64,000 bases of DNA. It comes from Utricularia gibba (taxonomy: Eukaryota; Plantae; Magnoliophyta). Where the stretch lies: the NCBI GenBank assembly GCA_002189035.1, contig NEEC01000015.1:1736001-1800000 (forward strand), given 5' to 3'. Made by a program: the position numbers and the translations under genes. The notes beneath the pieces were generated by a model, which was not told the origin of the DNA, searched no databases, and saw nothing but the letters and a program-made list of their open reading frames with translations. Of the stretch, positions 1-11,850 are shown piece by piece; positions within the stretch are counted from its first letter, which is position 1, and every line of letters starts with the position of its first letter.

Positions 1-175
1 AAAAAAACCACCCGTTTTATTTGACTACAAAAATAAAAAAGAAAATTAATGCGTCACTTCATCATTTCTATTTTTAGTTTTCAAATGGTTTATAATTAAA
101 ATTAATTAAAACAAAGTGGAAATTTTAACTAACTAAAACATAATGGGGTTTCAAATTCCAGCCGTTTATAATTAA

Positions 176-434
176 GGGAGTGATTACGTGTGTTTAAAAA
201 TAAAATTATAAAGTATGAATATTTAATTGGTAGATTTAACTAAACTTGAAATTATACGGGTATTTTAATCTTATGTATATGATTTTATTTAAAAATATGC
301 ACTTTCTTCATTTACTTAAAACTACATAATCTTATTTTTAATCTTAATAAATAAATATTACCTAAAAAATTATTTAATTTACATAATATTTAATTAAATA
401 TATTTTATAATATTTCCATCAATCAAATACTACC
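176..434. mobile_element. Possible degenerate Tourist-like MITE
   Basis: AT-rich ~260 bp between imperfect inverted ends (taagggagtgatt at 173; reverse complement of caaatactacctta at 424-437) with TTA/TAA flanks. Weak match. Confidence 0.25.
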
Positions 435-665
435 TTATAATCCAGGCTAAGTTTAGGTTTAAATTCCAACCAAACTCATGATTTTAAATTCAACCCAATG
501 GGCTAAGGTACAAGAATATGGGCTTCTTTTTTTGGTTTAATCTTTGATTAAAGTTTTATGGAAATTATAATCAAGTACCCGACCCGTTGGTATCGGGTGT
601 GGGGGTTTAAGTTAGCCGTTCCCAAATCCCGGATATCCAATTGCTTCTGCCGTCTGAGCACGGGC

Positions 666-1961
666 ATGGCGAAAACAAAATCGAAGCGGCAGAAGGTTGT
701 GGAGAGGCACGACGCCTCCGATTCGACTTCTAAAACTCATGAGAAGCTTAAGAAGAAGAAGAAGAAGAAGACGCAAACAAAACCTGAAGACTCGGATTCG
801 AATGGCGAAACCATTGAGTCCCTACTGGAGCCCTTTTCTAAGGAACAGCTTATCTCGCTCGTCGTCGATCTTTCCCTGAGTCACGATTGTCTTTTCAGCC
901 TCGTTAAATCTACTGCTGACAAAGACGTCTCTCACCGCAAGATTTTCGTCCACGGCATCGGCTGGGATGCCACCCGTCAGGACGTGGAGTCCGCATTCGG
1001 GGCCTATGGTGAGATTGAGGCTCTCAACGTGGTAATGGATCGTAACACTGGTAAGTGTAAAGGGTACGCTTTTATTATCTTCAAGGATAGAGCATCTGCG
1101 AAGCAGCTGCTGAAGAGCCCTCGGGTTCAAGTTGGGAATCGTGTAACCTCGTGCCAACTTGCGTCTGAGGGGCCCGTTGCCCCGGGTACGGGGGCTGCAG
1201 GTGTAGTCTCACAGCAGGTTTTCTCTTCCGATTTTCCTCAGCGGAAGATTTACGTGAGCAATGTACCGGCGGACGCTAATGTGGATAGGTTAAAAGCTTT
1301 TTTTGGGATGTTTGGAGAAATTGAAAGTGGACCTAAGGGGTTCGATCCTGTCACAGGGAAGTTCAAAGGTTATGCGATTTTCGTGTTTAAGACGGTTGAA
1401 GGGGCGAAGAAGGTATTGGAGCAGCCATTTAAATTGTTCGATGGGAATCAATTGCATTGCCAGAAGGCAGCCGAAACCAATGCCAAAGCAGGCAGTGGGA
1501 CTGCATCCATAACAACTGTAATGCAGCCAATACAGCCTCAAATGCTGGCTGCGGTTGCCGCAGCTCAGCAGGCACAGAACATTGCTCTCTTGGGTCAGCA
1601 AACAGGCCTTATTAATCCCTTGTATGTTCCGAATGGAAACCTAGGCGCATTGATGGGAGGATATTATGGTATGGTTGCCGAACAGGTTAAAGGATTGAGA
1701 GCATATGGTGCCTCCTCGTCTGGTGAAGCTGGATCAAGTGCATCAATGCGCCAGGGAATCCAGTTTATGTATCCGGGTGGTTCGACTCCAACAACATTAT
1801 CTAAGGGGACTGGCCCCGTTGGGAGTCATTATCCTTCAACATTATGGTATGGAAAATGCGCCTTTCTTCATTCCGTGAACAAAATGGTGCTTACATTGTT
1901 GTTTTTAAGTTCCAAGTTGACAATTTTTTGCCTACTCGGTCATTCTTACATCTCATTTTAA
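666..1961 (+). CDS. UBA2c: UBP1-associated protein 2C-like RNA-binding protein (two RRMs)
   Basis: Lys-rich N-terminus, RRM1 (RKIFVHGIGW...CKGYAFI) and RRM2 (RKIYVSNV...FKGYAIF), then a Gln/Gly-rich tail. ATG 666 preferred over the in-frame 558. C-terminus uncertain: a probable GT donor lies at 1847. Confidence 0.85.
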   Translation: MAKTKSKRQKVVERHDASDSTSKTHEKLKKKKKKKTQTKPEDSDSNGETIESLLEPFSKEQLISLVVDLSLSHDCLFSLVKSTADKDVSHRKIFVHGIGWDATRQDVESAFGAYGEIEALNVVMDRNTGKCKGYAFIIFKDRASAKQLLKSPRVQVGNRVTSCQLASEGPVAPGTGAAGVVSQQVFSSDFPQRKIYVSNVPADANVDRLKAFFGMFGEIESGPKGFDPVTGKFKGYAIFVFKTVEGAKKVLEQPFKLFDGNQLHCQKAAETNAKAGSGTASITTVMQPIQPQMLAAVAAAQQAQNIALLGQQTGLINPLYVPNGNLGALMGGYYGMVAEQVKGLRAYGASSSGEAGSSASMRQGIQFMYPGGSTPTTLSKGTGPVGSHYPSTLWYGKCAFLHSVNKMVLTLLFLSSKLTIFCLLGHSYISF

Positions 1962-3650
1962 GATTTTTCTCACGATCAGAAATGAGAAGTGTATATTTCT
2001 TTCATGAAAATGGAAAGTTTTTCTCAGTAAGGTTGTGGTAAAGAAGCAGTGCAATGTTAAGGTTGCAAATCAGAATGAGATCATGTAATTATGTATGCAA
2101 TTACAAGGTTGGGATCAACGAAATGAAGTTATAGTTCCTTTAATGTGTTTCGTTTTTGGGCTGTGGTTGAGATTATTTATGTATTTATTTAGTTTTATGA
2201 GCTTTTTATTGGTGATGAGTATGCATTTTTCGGTCCTTTTACCTGTGTTTTTTTTTAATGTGCAGAGCATTTGCCACAGCGTTGGATCCTAAAACCACAA
2301 GTTGGTCAAATTGATGGAGCTCTAAATGAGTTAGGATCTTTTTTTCTAGTGTATTATATTGTTGTTTTTTGGTTTTGTTTTAACTTGTTTTTCCTAGTTC
2401 ATTATTTTTATTTCTAGTTTCTTTTGTGGCAGAAATTTGCTGATCAGCATTTCTATATGTTGCTGAGAACTTTGTGGGTCTTTTAAAAAAAAAATCATTA
2501 TCCTTCATTTTCAGTCTTATGGCTCTATTTTTTTCTTTTTCGTGCTTTATACTTCAATTTATTTTAGGCATTGTATGCCTGCACCTCTTTTTGTTTCTAG
2601 TTCAAAATGGTTATAATCAGTTGTTTCATGGTTTTTTTATGTCATTCTCCAGTTTTTCATCATTTACAGGGTTGCACCTTTTCTCTTTTTCATTATCATT
2701 ATTATTATTATTTATACTGCTTTCGTATTAGTTGGGAAAGCAGGCGGGTCTATATTGGTTTGTGCATTTGTTTATCACAAGTGAATATTGCCTTTTTTTT
2801 TGGAAATTTTTTACTAGTTTTATTTATCAGATTGAACATCTGATGGTGCATCTCTTTGAGATGAGTTACTCCTGCCTGGTGTACTGAATGTTAGGCATAA
2901 TTTTTATTTATTTAATTGAGCAACTGCCGAGGCGTTTTGCTGAAATGCATATATCATCTAACTCTTAGGAATTTATTCTCAAAAGCCTCTAGATCCTGAA
3001 CCTGTCAACTCCAATGTGTTTTCATGTGGTGTTGTTTCCCTTAACGCGAATCCCCCTCTCCCAGGATTCATTGTGAGCTTGCATTAATTTTGAAATTTTT
3101 TTGTTTCTTTTTGAATGAAGTTCGTTAGATTATTTCCAAAAGTTTCTTCTTTGTGTTTGATTTTTCTCGACCTGATGCAAGCGGAGTTGATGCACCGCTG
3201 ATCTGAAAACTGTGCAATTTTCAGAATGCACGCCTTCTCCACCTTGCTTTTCCTTCAAGGAAGCAATTTGGGTTGGTGGAATGCGCACCGCCGCCCTTGC
3301 TGTTTTCCCCTGCTCTCTAGTTTGATTCTTTTTGTGCGTGTTTTTTTTTTGAACCTCTGTGAACACAGCATGCCCATTCTGGTCGCGGGAGCTTTTGGTG
3401 CTTTTGGTTTTCGTTTTCCTTTTCTTTGAAATCTCACCAGGAATGTCACTTGTTCGTTAGAGCTTGAGCACCAGGAATGTGCATTATTACATGTAATACT
3501 TGATGATCAGAGTTTTTTTTTTCCATATTGATGTGTTTACTTTCGATTGTTTGATATCGTTAACTTTGTAAAAAAAAAAAGCAATATTAAACGGGACACG
3601 ACCTTAGAATTAAACGGAAATATAGAATTATTTTTGAAGGGAAGATTGAT

Positions 3651-4537
3651 CTATGAACAGCCCCCAATGTCATGATCAATATGTCGCACCAGCACCGGGA
3701 TCGTTATCTCCGGCGAGCTGAGCTGCGGCAGGTGACCCTCCGTGGATATCACCTCGACGATGGATTTGCCGCCGAGGTTCTGGTGAAGATACTCTGCCAC
3801 CGTCACCGGCAACGCTATATCCTTGTTGCTTTGAATGATGTGGCAAGGAACAGTCACCCTCCCGAGATAATGGCGAAGATCGAAGGTGAACACAGTTCGG
3901 AACACGCTGAGTGCTATGTCCGGCCGCATATTGAACAGCGTCCTGCTAAATTCTTGCACCGCCACTGAATCCATATCGGCCCCCACCGCCAGCGGCGCAA
4001 ACCCAGAAACCCAAGACTTGTAGTTCGACTCCATCGCTGCGCAGAGCTGATCGATGTCCGCCTGCTCGAATCCTCCATAGTAGTCCTCCGTGTTCAGAAA
4101 TCTGACCGACAAAGATCCAGAGTTCTTCAGTCAGATCGGATGAGCGGTAGATGAGAATTGGTTACTTACCTGGGTGAGGCGGAGACCAGGATGAGCTTGT
4201 GGAAGAGATCGGGGCGAAAGATGGAGGCGATGGCGCCGGTCATGGAGGCGAGGGAGTGGCCGACGAAGATGCATTTATGGATCTCGAATTCTTCTAAAAT
4301 GGCGAGGAGGTCGTTGGCGTAGCCCTCGAGAGTGGCGTAGCGGTCGAAATCGAAATAATCGGGGTTCGTGGTGCCGGCGCCCATGTTGTCGTAGATCAGG
4401 ACCCTATAGCGGTCGACGAGATGGGGGACGAGGTGCTTCCACACGGACTGGTCGGTGCCGAAACCGTGGCCGAGGACGACGGTGGTCGGGCCGGAGCCGA
4501 GAATCCGGACATTATGAGCTTCCTCAACTGTGGCCAT
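3651..4537 (-). CDS. KAI2: KAI2/HTL alpha/beta-hydrolase karrikin receptor (KAI2i-like), 272 aa
   Basis: Exons 4537-4170 and 4101-3651 with a 68-nt GT-AG intron at the conserved SPR|x position. Motifs [11 protein letters not shown] and GHS; catalytic triad S95-D217-H246 intact. Confidence 0.95.
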
Positions 4538-4731
4538 GGCGGACACTCTTTCTTGATGCACCCTGCTGTTAAAGATGAAGATGTTTCTTCTGCAACTTGT
4601 GTGAGAAGTTGTGTGGTCTATAATCTACGCCGGGCGACCGAGCCCGGATGGGGAGGGCAAATCTTTTATTAAAAAGCACGGCGGTAATTTTCCAGAAACA
4701 AAGAGCACAGTAAATTGACAGCGGAGTAGGT

Positions 4732-5067
4732 CTACAATTGATCGGCGGGCGGCGGCGGCGGCGGCGCGATGTCGGAGAAATGGTCGTGACGGAGTTTCCT
4801 AGAGAGCTGATAGAATCCGGTGCAGGCCATGGTGGAGTTAACTCCGAAGAGATTCCAATTCCATGGGGTGATGACGAAACAGTAGCGGGACCAGATGAGC
4901 CCGGAGACGGCCACCGCCGCTTGCTGTGGATAGGACAGCTTTTCCGGCGGCTTGCTGAAATCGGAGACATTCGCCAAGATCAGACCCCATTTGAACGTCG
5001 GAGCCCAGAAGTGAATTGTTTTCGGTCCCGCGGGATGATCCCACAGAGCTAGGAGCTTCGATCTCAT
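4732..5067 (-). CDS. Mitochondrial pyruvate carrier, MPC2-type, intronless, 111 aa
   Basis: Motifs HPAGPKTIHFWAPTFKWG, KPPEKLSYPQQ and NWNLF. TATATA at 5115-5120 upstream; AATAAA (minus strand) at 4665-4670 downstream. Confidence 0.9.
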   Translation of the reverse strand: MRSKLLALWDHPAGPKTIHFWAPTFKWGLILANVSDFSKPPEKLSYPQQAAVAVSGLIWSRYCFVITPWNWNLFGVNSTMACTGFYQLSRKLRHDHFSDIAPPPPPPADQL

Positions 5068-5419
5068 CCGTACCCCACAGTAAATGAATCGCTCCCAGGA
5101 TGAAGGTAGACCTCTATATACTCCCCAGGTTTCCGATGGGCGAAAGGAGACAAAAAAAGCTATAATTTAAGATGGAAGAAGCAGAATTGAATACGAAACA
5201 GATGGATGGATGGGCGCTGGATCCTGACTCTGAATCAACACTGTAAATTGTGATTAATTAACCGGAAGTTTATCTGAACAGTACACGGCCACCCTTCTCG
5301 GAACGTTGTGGCAGCCGTCCCATCCCGTCTTTAATGCGACTGCACTGGGCGGTTCCCCAATTTGCAAAAACCATTCTCGGCTTCGGAAGGTGGATACGTG
5401 GTTGAGAACGACGAACAAA

Positions 5420-6565
5420 ATGCTCTGTAAGGAGAATGAGGTAGTTCTGATAACTGGGTGCTCCACCGGAGGCATAGGCCACGCGCTGGCCCGGGAATTC
5501 GCCGGGCGTGGTTGTCTTGTGGCGGCTACGGCGCGCTCGCTGTCCTCCATGACCGATTTAAAGGGCGATTCGAGGTTCTTCCTGTACGAGCTCGATGTCT
5601 CCAGCGACGACAGCGTCATGCGGGCTCTATCGGCGGTGCTTGACAAGTACGGCAGAATCGACGTGCTGGTCAATAACGCTGGGGTGCAATGCGTCGGCCC
5701 TCTGGCGGAGATTCCATTGTCCGCCGTCGAGGAAACCTTCAATACCAACGTCTACGGTAAAAACCCTAGCTAACTTGATTTGATTCGATTGATTTTCACC
5801 TGGGTTGCAGTCAAGACATCTGCTTCATATATTTCCTGATTCAAGTTGTGTGCATTTCCTATCACCATGTTCTTGTACTGCTTCTCCGTGTGGTGATCAC
5901 GATCCTGTTTAAAGGTACATTAAGGTTGATCCAAGGAGTGGTTCCTGATATGTCAAAGAGAAGAAAAGGTAAGATTGTGAATATCGGGAGCGTGGTAGCA
6001 TTGCTCCCCTTCCCTTGGGCCGGTACTTACGCTGCGACAAAAGCTGCTGTACATGCCCTTTCCCATGTTCTCAGGTGAGAACCATTCAACCTGATCTATG
6101 GTGAACATTTTTGCAAGTTGAATAAAGTTTCAGAGAGGGATATGATCTCGCGTTTCTGTACCATAAAGAAAGTGCCTTTTTTGGGTTGTGAGCTTCATTT
6201 CACTTGGTTTTTGCAATTCACATTTCAGGGTGGAATTACGACCCTTTGGGATCAATGTGATCAACATCGCGCCTGGAGCCATAAAATCAAACATTGGATC
6301 CTCAGCTGCAGAAAGTCTTAGTCGGATGCCGGAGTGGAAGCTCTACAAGAAGTTCCAAAATGCTATTCAAGACCGAGCTACTGTCTCCCAGAGACTGAAA
6401 TCCACACCTGCAGAGGTGTTTGCAAGGAAGACTGTGGATGCTGTACTCAAGGAGAGTCCTCCAGCTTGGCTTGCCTTGGGCCACATGTCAACAGCAATCA
6501 CAGTTTTGCAGCACATTCCTCTGTGCATCAGAGATTTCATTCTGGGTAAGAAGTTCTGCTATTGA
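5420..6565 (+). CDS. Short-chain dehydrogenase/reductase, copy 1 (acyl-DHAP reductase-like family), 277 aa
   Basis: Exons 5420-5756, 5915-6074, 6229-6565. Motifs [13 protein letters not shown] and YAATK. Confidence 0.92.
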
Positions 6566-8397
6566 TGTCAATTCGCCCCTGTTCCCTGGAAGCATATGGA
6601 ACACTGGTTGGAAGTTCAACTTTCAACTATCTGCGTGATCCTATCTACAATAATATCTTCTGTTGCTCTCTCCTCTTTTGCTGGACTCTTTAAAATAATG
6701 CATCAATCCCTGTTGAAGAAATCCCTCACTTGAAACAGCAAATGGAACTCTATGTCCTTTTCTATCAATGATCTTGAACCCCAACTGAGCAAATCAATGG
6801 TTCCCATGAAAATCATTGTCAAAAACAGAGATAACTCTGGAATCAGGCAGTTCGCTGTCTCAATACACATGCGCTCATGTTTTAAAATTGTATTGAACTC
6901 GTCCTATCATTTTAGGTTAAAGTCGTTGATGTTTAGTTTGTGATTTAGGATTTTTAAGTATATGATTTAAGATATATTTTATAAAAAATATATCATATTT
7001 TATAACGAAAATATATTTATTTATTTATTTTAAAAAAATGATTATTTTTATATTTATTTGAAAATGAAGAAGTAATAAAATTAAATTGTAAATAAATATA
7101 CAGGTTAATATAAAATATATTATTTACGTGATTTTAATTTATCTTAAATAAAAATGATGCGTTATTATAATACGTATTATCAAATATATATCCTAAATAA
7201 AACACATTTCAAAATCAAGATTAAATAATATATCCAACATCATTACAAATATATTATGAAAAATCAAAATAATTATTTAAATTAAATATTTTTAAATTTC
7301 AAAATCTATTGTATTTTGTCATAAGAATTTATCGGATCGAAGCCAAAAATCATAATTTCGGGTTGAACCGAATCAAACATTGAATTCAACCGTAAGTTTT
7401 AAGACACTGCAATAATTGGGCTATGGAAGCCACTGGGTGCGACACAACACTTATGTTTTTTGTGATGGAATTTTGGTAACATTTCCATTAAATTGCCTGT
7501 TACATATGGGTCGGGTTGAGTGGTGCTTGCCTACGGCGGCAGTGCATGGATGTTTTCAGTAGACTTTAATGGTGGGAGATTGAGCATATAATAATTTATC
7601 ATTAGTTTTATGCTACAGAATTATGTAGTTAAATTATGGTACCAACAATAAAATGGTGTTGATAGATTTTTAATTAAATAAAATACATATTAAATAAGTT
7701 TTATCATAAATACATTAAGATATATTTTTAGTTTTCCCCAAAAATAAAAGTGTCAAGGATTAAAAATCGAATTAATCTAGCTATTATACAAATATTCGAA
7801 TTTTTTATTTATCTTCACTTAATTAGAAAATTTAATGGTGCCATTTTAGTAATAATGTTACATGATACACCTTATGTGATCATTAAAAAAAGACTATGTT
7901 TACACACTCATCTAAATTTTCATATCTTTTATATATTATAATATAAACTAAATTTCGGTAACATCCCGATTTATGTCATTTGTATCTAAAAATAAAGACA
8001 TTCAAGTAAAAATAAATAAATCTTTTTAATTCGAATAAACGAGTTAATTGCTAAATATATAAAATTTAATAGTTTTTGTATGTGATACCAAATAAAAAAT
8101 GGAAGAAATTGATGATTGGTAGTGAAAAGTCACGGTCGACCCGTAAATAAAATAAATAGTTCTTGTACCGGACATCCGCGGGGTATTTATTAATACTGAC
8201 TTTGGCTATTTTTCATAAAATTATACTTTTTTCTAATTTTTTTATATGTTTATAAATCTATATGGGGTCCACACTTATTCCACCATCATGGCGCTAAAAT
8301 ATTATATTCTGAACTGCCAGCCTGCTCCGCAACCGGCCGTTTCTTAATGTGTGAGGGGAATCATTCCGGCGAGTGCCGAAGGCGGAACAGGAACAGG

Positions 8398-9388
8398 ATG
8401 GTGTATAAGGAGAGTCAGGTTGTTCTCATAACTGGGTGCGCCACTGGAGGGATAGGAAGCGCGCTGGCCCGGGAGTTCGCCGGGCGTGGCTGTCTTGTGG
8501 CGGTCACGGCGCTGTCGCTGTCCTTGGTGGAGGATTTGAAGGGCGATTCGAGGTTCTTCCTGCACGAGCTCGATGTCTCCAGCGACGATAGCGTCGAGCG
8601 GGCCGTGTCGGCGGTGCTTGACAAGTTCGGCAGGATCGACGTTCTGGTTAATAACGCCGGGGTGCAATGCGTCGGACCCCTGACGGAGATTCCGATGTCC
8701 GCCGTCCAGCAAACCTTCAACATCAACGTCTACGGTAACAAACAACCCTAACTTGATTTGATCTGGATTCGGATTGTCTGAAATTAATCCTACTTAAAGG
8801 TACATTGAGGTTGATCCAAGGAGTGGTTCCTCATATGTCGAAGAGGGGAAAAGGTAAAATTGTGAATATCGGCAGCATGGCCGGAGTAGTCCCCCTCCCT
8901 TGGGCCGGAGCTTACGCCGCCACAAAAGCTGCTGTACATGCGCTTTCTCATGTTCTAAGGTGGGCACTCTTCAACCTGATCTGTGCTAAACATTTTTTCA
9001 AGTTGAATAATAAAGTTTCATTTCATTTGGTTTTTGGAATTGACAATTCAGAGTGGAGTTACGACCCTTTGGGATCAATGTGATCAACATCGCGCCTGGA
9101 GCCATAAAATCAAACCTTGGATCTTCAGCTGCAGAAAGTCTTAGCCGGATGCCGGAGTGGAAGCTCTACAAGAAGTTCCAAAAGGCGATTCAATACCGAG
9201 CCACTGTCTCACAGAGTTTGAAATCTACACCCACAGAGGTGTTCGCCAGGAGGGCTGTTAATGCTGTACTCAAGGAGAATCCTCCAGCTTGGCTTGCCTT
9301 GGGCCACATGTCGACAGCAATCACGGGTTTGCAGCATCTTCCCCTGTCCATCAGGGATTTCATTCTGGGCAAGAAGTTCAACTGTTGA
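8398..9388 (+). CDS. Short-chain dehydrogenase/reductase, tandem copy 2, 277 aa
   Basis: Exons 8398-8734, 8800-8959, 9052-9388, the same lengths as copy 1 (337/160/337). Motifs [13 protein letters not shown] and YAATK. Confidence 0.92.
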
Positions 9389-9715
9389 TGTCAATAGACA
9401 GGTGTTCTCAGATGTCGACGTTCAACTGTTCTGTGTGATATCCATTTGGCTTTGACCATGTCGTCTCCGTCAGGTCGTCTCACCCACTTCTCCGGCAGAA
9501 GCTGCCGGGAAATGCTGTTTCTTCCCCGATTTGATTGAATTGAATGCTGAATCGTTATAGTGTGTTTCATTCAATGGTTGCGTTGTGTTATTTGACGCAC
9601 ATCAGTCATCTGGAAAAACGCAGGATCATTCCATTTCCCAATAAGGAGGTGATCTTAAACTCATATTTCACTGTAGAAGGAACACATGGGCGATGCAGAG
9701 TATAAAACTAACAAA

Positions 9716-11850
9716 TTACACTTGTCTTCCTCCGTATTTAACACAACCCATCACCGACGGAGGCGGTTTCCCAACTCTCTCAACACCTTCTGCAAAAACC
9801 ATGAACATTCCAAGGAAGAAATGGTACTCTATGTGGCAGTGAAATGCCCAGATTCCTGGGTTGTCTGCCACGAATCTGATCGCCGTCCATCCATAAGGAT
9901 GAAGTGCAACAGTGTTCTTCATAATGGGGTTCACCAAGTTGAACTTCTTCGGGTCGTTTTTCATGTCGAATTTACCAGCACCGTACCCGAGTACCCAGAA
10001 ATGGTGTCCGTGTAAGTGCCAGGGGTGAGTCTCGCTGTTGTTTGGCGTCATGGTGTTGGCATTTTGCAAAATTACATCCACGACGGATCCAAATTGAAGG
10101 CGGTAGATTCCAGTTCCGGTGGTGGCGTTCACGTTCTTGGGGACGCTGAATATGTCGTAGGTACTGGAATCGTAGCTGGTTGGCGGCGTGGAACGGTCGA
10201 ATGTGTGGGTTAGCAGGTTCTTTTTGTAAGCGATCAAGTAGGGCGTTTCCGGTAACCGGAAGGAGATGTTGTTGACTGACCACCGCACGTAGCCGTCGAT
10301 CAGGTTCTGAGTATTAAGCAACAGAATTGTGTGATACGCCTTCCGCGGCGGCGCGAGGAAATGGCCGCTCAATGCCTGGAAAGCCAAGCTCTGGGATACC
10401 CTCGAAGCGACGTCGTTCCAGAGTGGCCCCTCCGGTGCAGGGGACGGTGGGTACGGCGCCGGAGAAACGCCGGCGGCGTAGTTTAAAATGGCTAATCCCG
10501 ACGGAGTGGTGCTGTTTCGAGACACGACTTTAGCGACAATCCAGTAGTTTCTCGAAGGTTCTTGATCGGCTTTGATTAGAACAGAGTATGTTTCGCCGGA
10601 GTAAATGTAGAGATTCTTTACGGTGAAGGGCTTGACATAGCTGCCGTCGGCTTCCACAACCGTCAAACTATGACCCTCGATTTCAAAACTCAGCGCCGAT
10701 AACGACGTCAGGCTTCCGATGCGGAGGCGGTATGTCTTGTTAGGTTCAACTGTCAATGCGTAAGGTACACAGTCTGGGCTCGTAACGTTGCATAACGCCG
10801 TTGCAATCCCCGGAGTGGAACAGTCAAATTTCCCCTCCCTTGTATCAAAATTGACTGCAACAAAAAAAAAAATGAACCTCGAAAATGGAAATTTGACTTT
10901 TTACAGGCGTGAAACTGAAAAGATAGAATGGGCTAATGAGCAATTTTTAATTTTCCAACACGGAAAAAAAGTAGTTTGAAAAATAGCAAAAGCGCCCTAC
11001 TTTGTTTCATATTTCCAAAAAACTCGGGGGGACCCCTGGACTTCAAGGTTGCATGCAGAGTCAAAAACAAGTTGAAGAAGAGTACCTGAGGCTCCTTGAC
11101 CCAAACAAAGGGTTTAGAAACGAGGCCTGTAGCCTGTTCAGAGGAGCTCTTGTGGTACCAATCGGTGAGAAGGATCCCTTGCTCGGAATCATACGAAAAT
11201 GGCTCCGATTTGCCTGCCGGAAGCCGGACCCAAATCATCCCGTTCAGCCCATCCGACTTCTGCAGTCCATAATGTGCGTGGTAAAGGTATGTTCCTGGCT
11301 GCACCATCAAAGCCATTATTAATTCAGAAGGTTACTAGTTTTCTGAGGATGAGGAGATGGGTCTGGTTTCCTTACTCTGTCCACTCTATATCTGTACACG
11401 AATGTTTTTCCGGGGAGAATGGGGCACTGGGTCACCCCTTCTGTTCCATCCATCCACGGTGTTCCGTACTGGATCATCATAGCAACAACAAGCAACCGAT
11501 GAGTTTAAGGTGAGCATCGTATCTGAGTCTGCTGCATGCATTCAATTCACATATATCAGAAGCACCTGTCTGATTCCATGCCAATGCACGATGACGTTCT
11601 CTAGAAACAAGCTGTTTGTCAGCTCGATGACGAGGGTGTCACCGACTCGAGCGTCGACGGTCGGTCCCGGCGTCTGGCCGTTCACCGTGATCGCTAACCT
11701 GGAGTAACAATCCGGTGCCTTGAACGCGTACTTCACCTCCCACTTATAGTACCTCTCTTCCGCCTCAACCTGCAAAGGATGATCAAGGCAGCACAGAGCC
11801 AGCACCCAGAAAAGCGCCCATCTACTCAAACTTCCAAACAGGGCTCCCAT
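9716..11850 (-). CDS. AO: L-ascorbate oxidase (multicopper oxidase); 1-nt frameshift as assembled
   Basis: Exons 11850-11566, 11468-11376, 11298-11086, 10854-9716. Signal peptide and copper motifs [23 protein letters not shown]. One base is missing at 10829-10835 (GRG-K-FDC). Confidence 0.9.
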
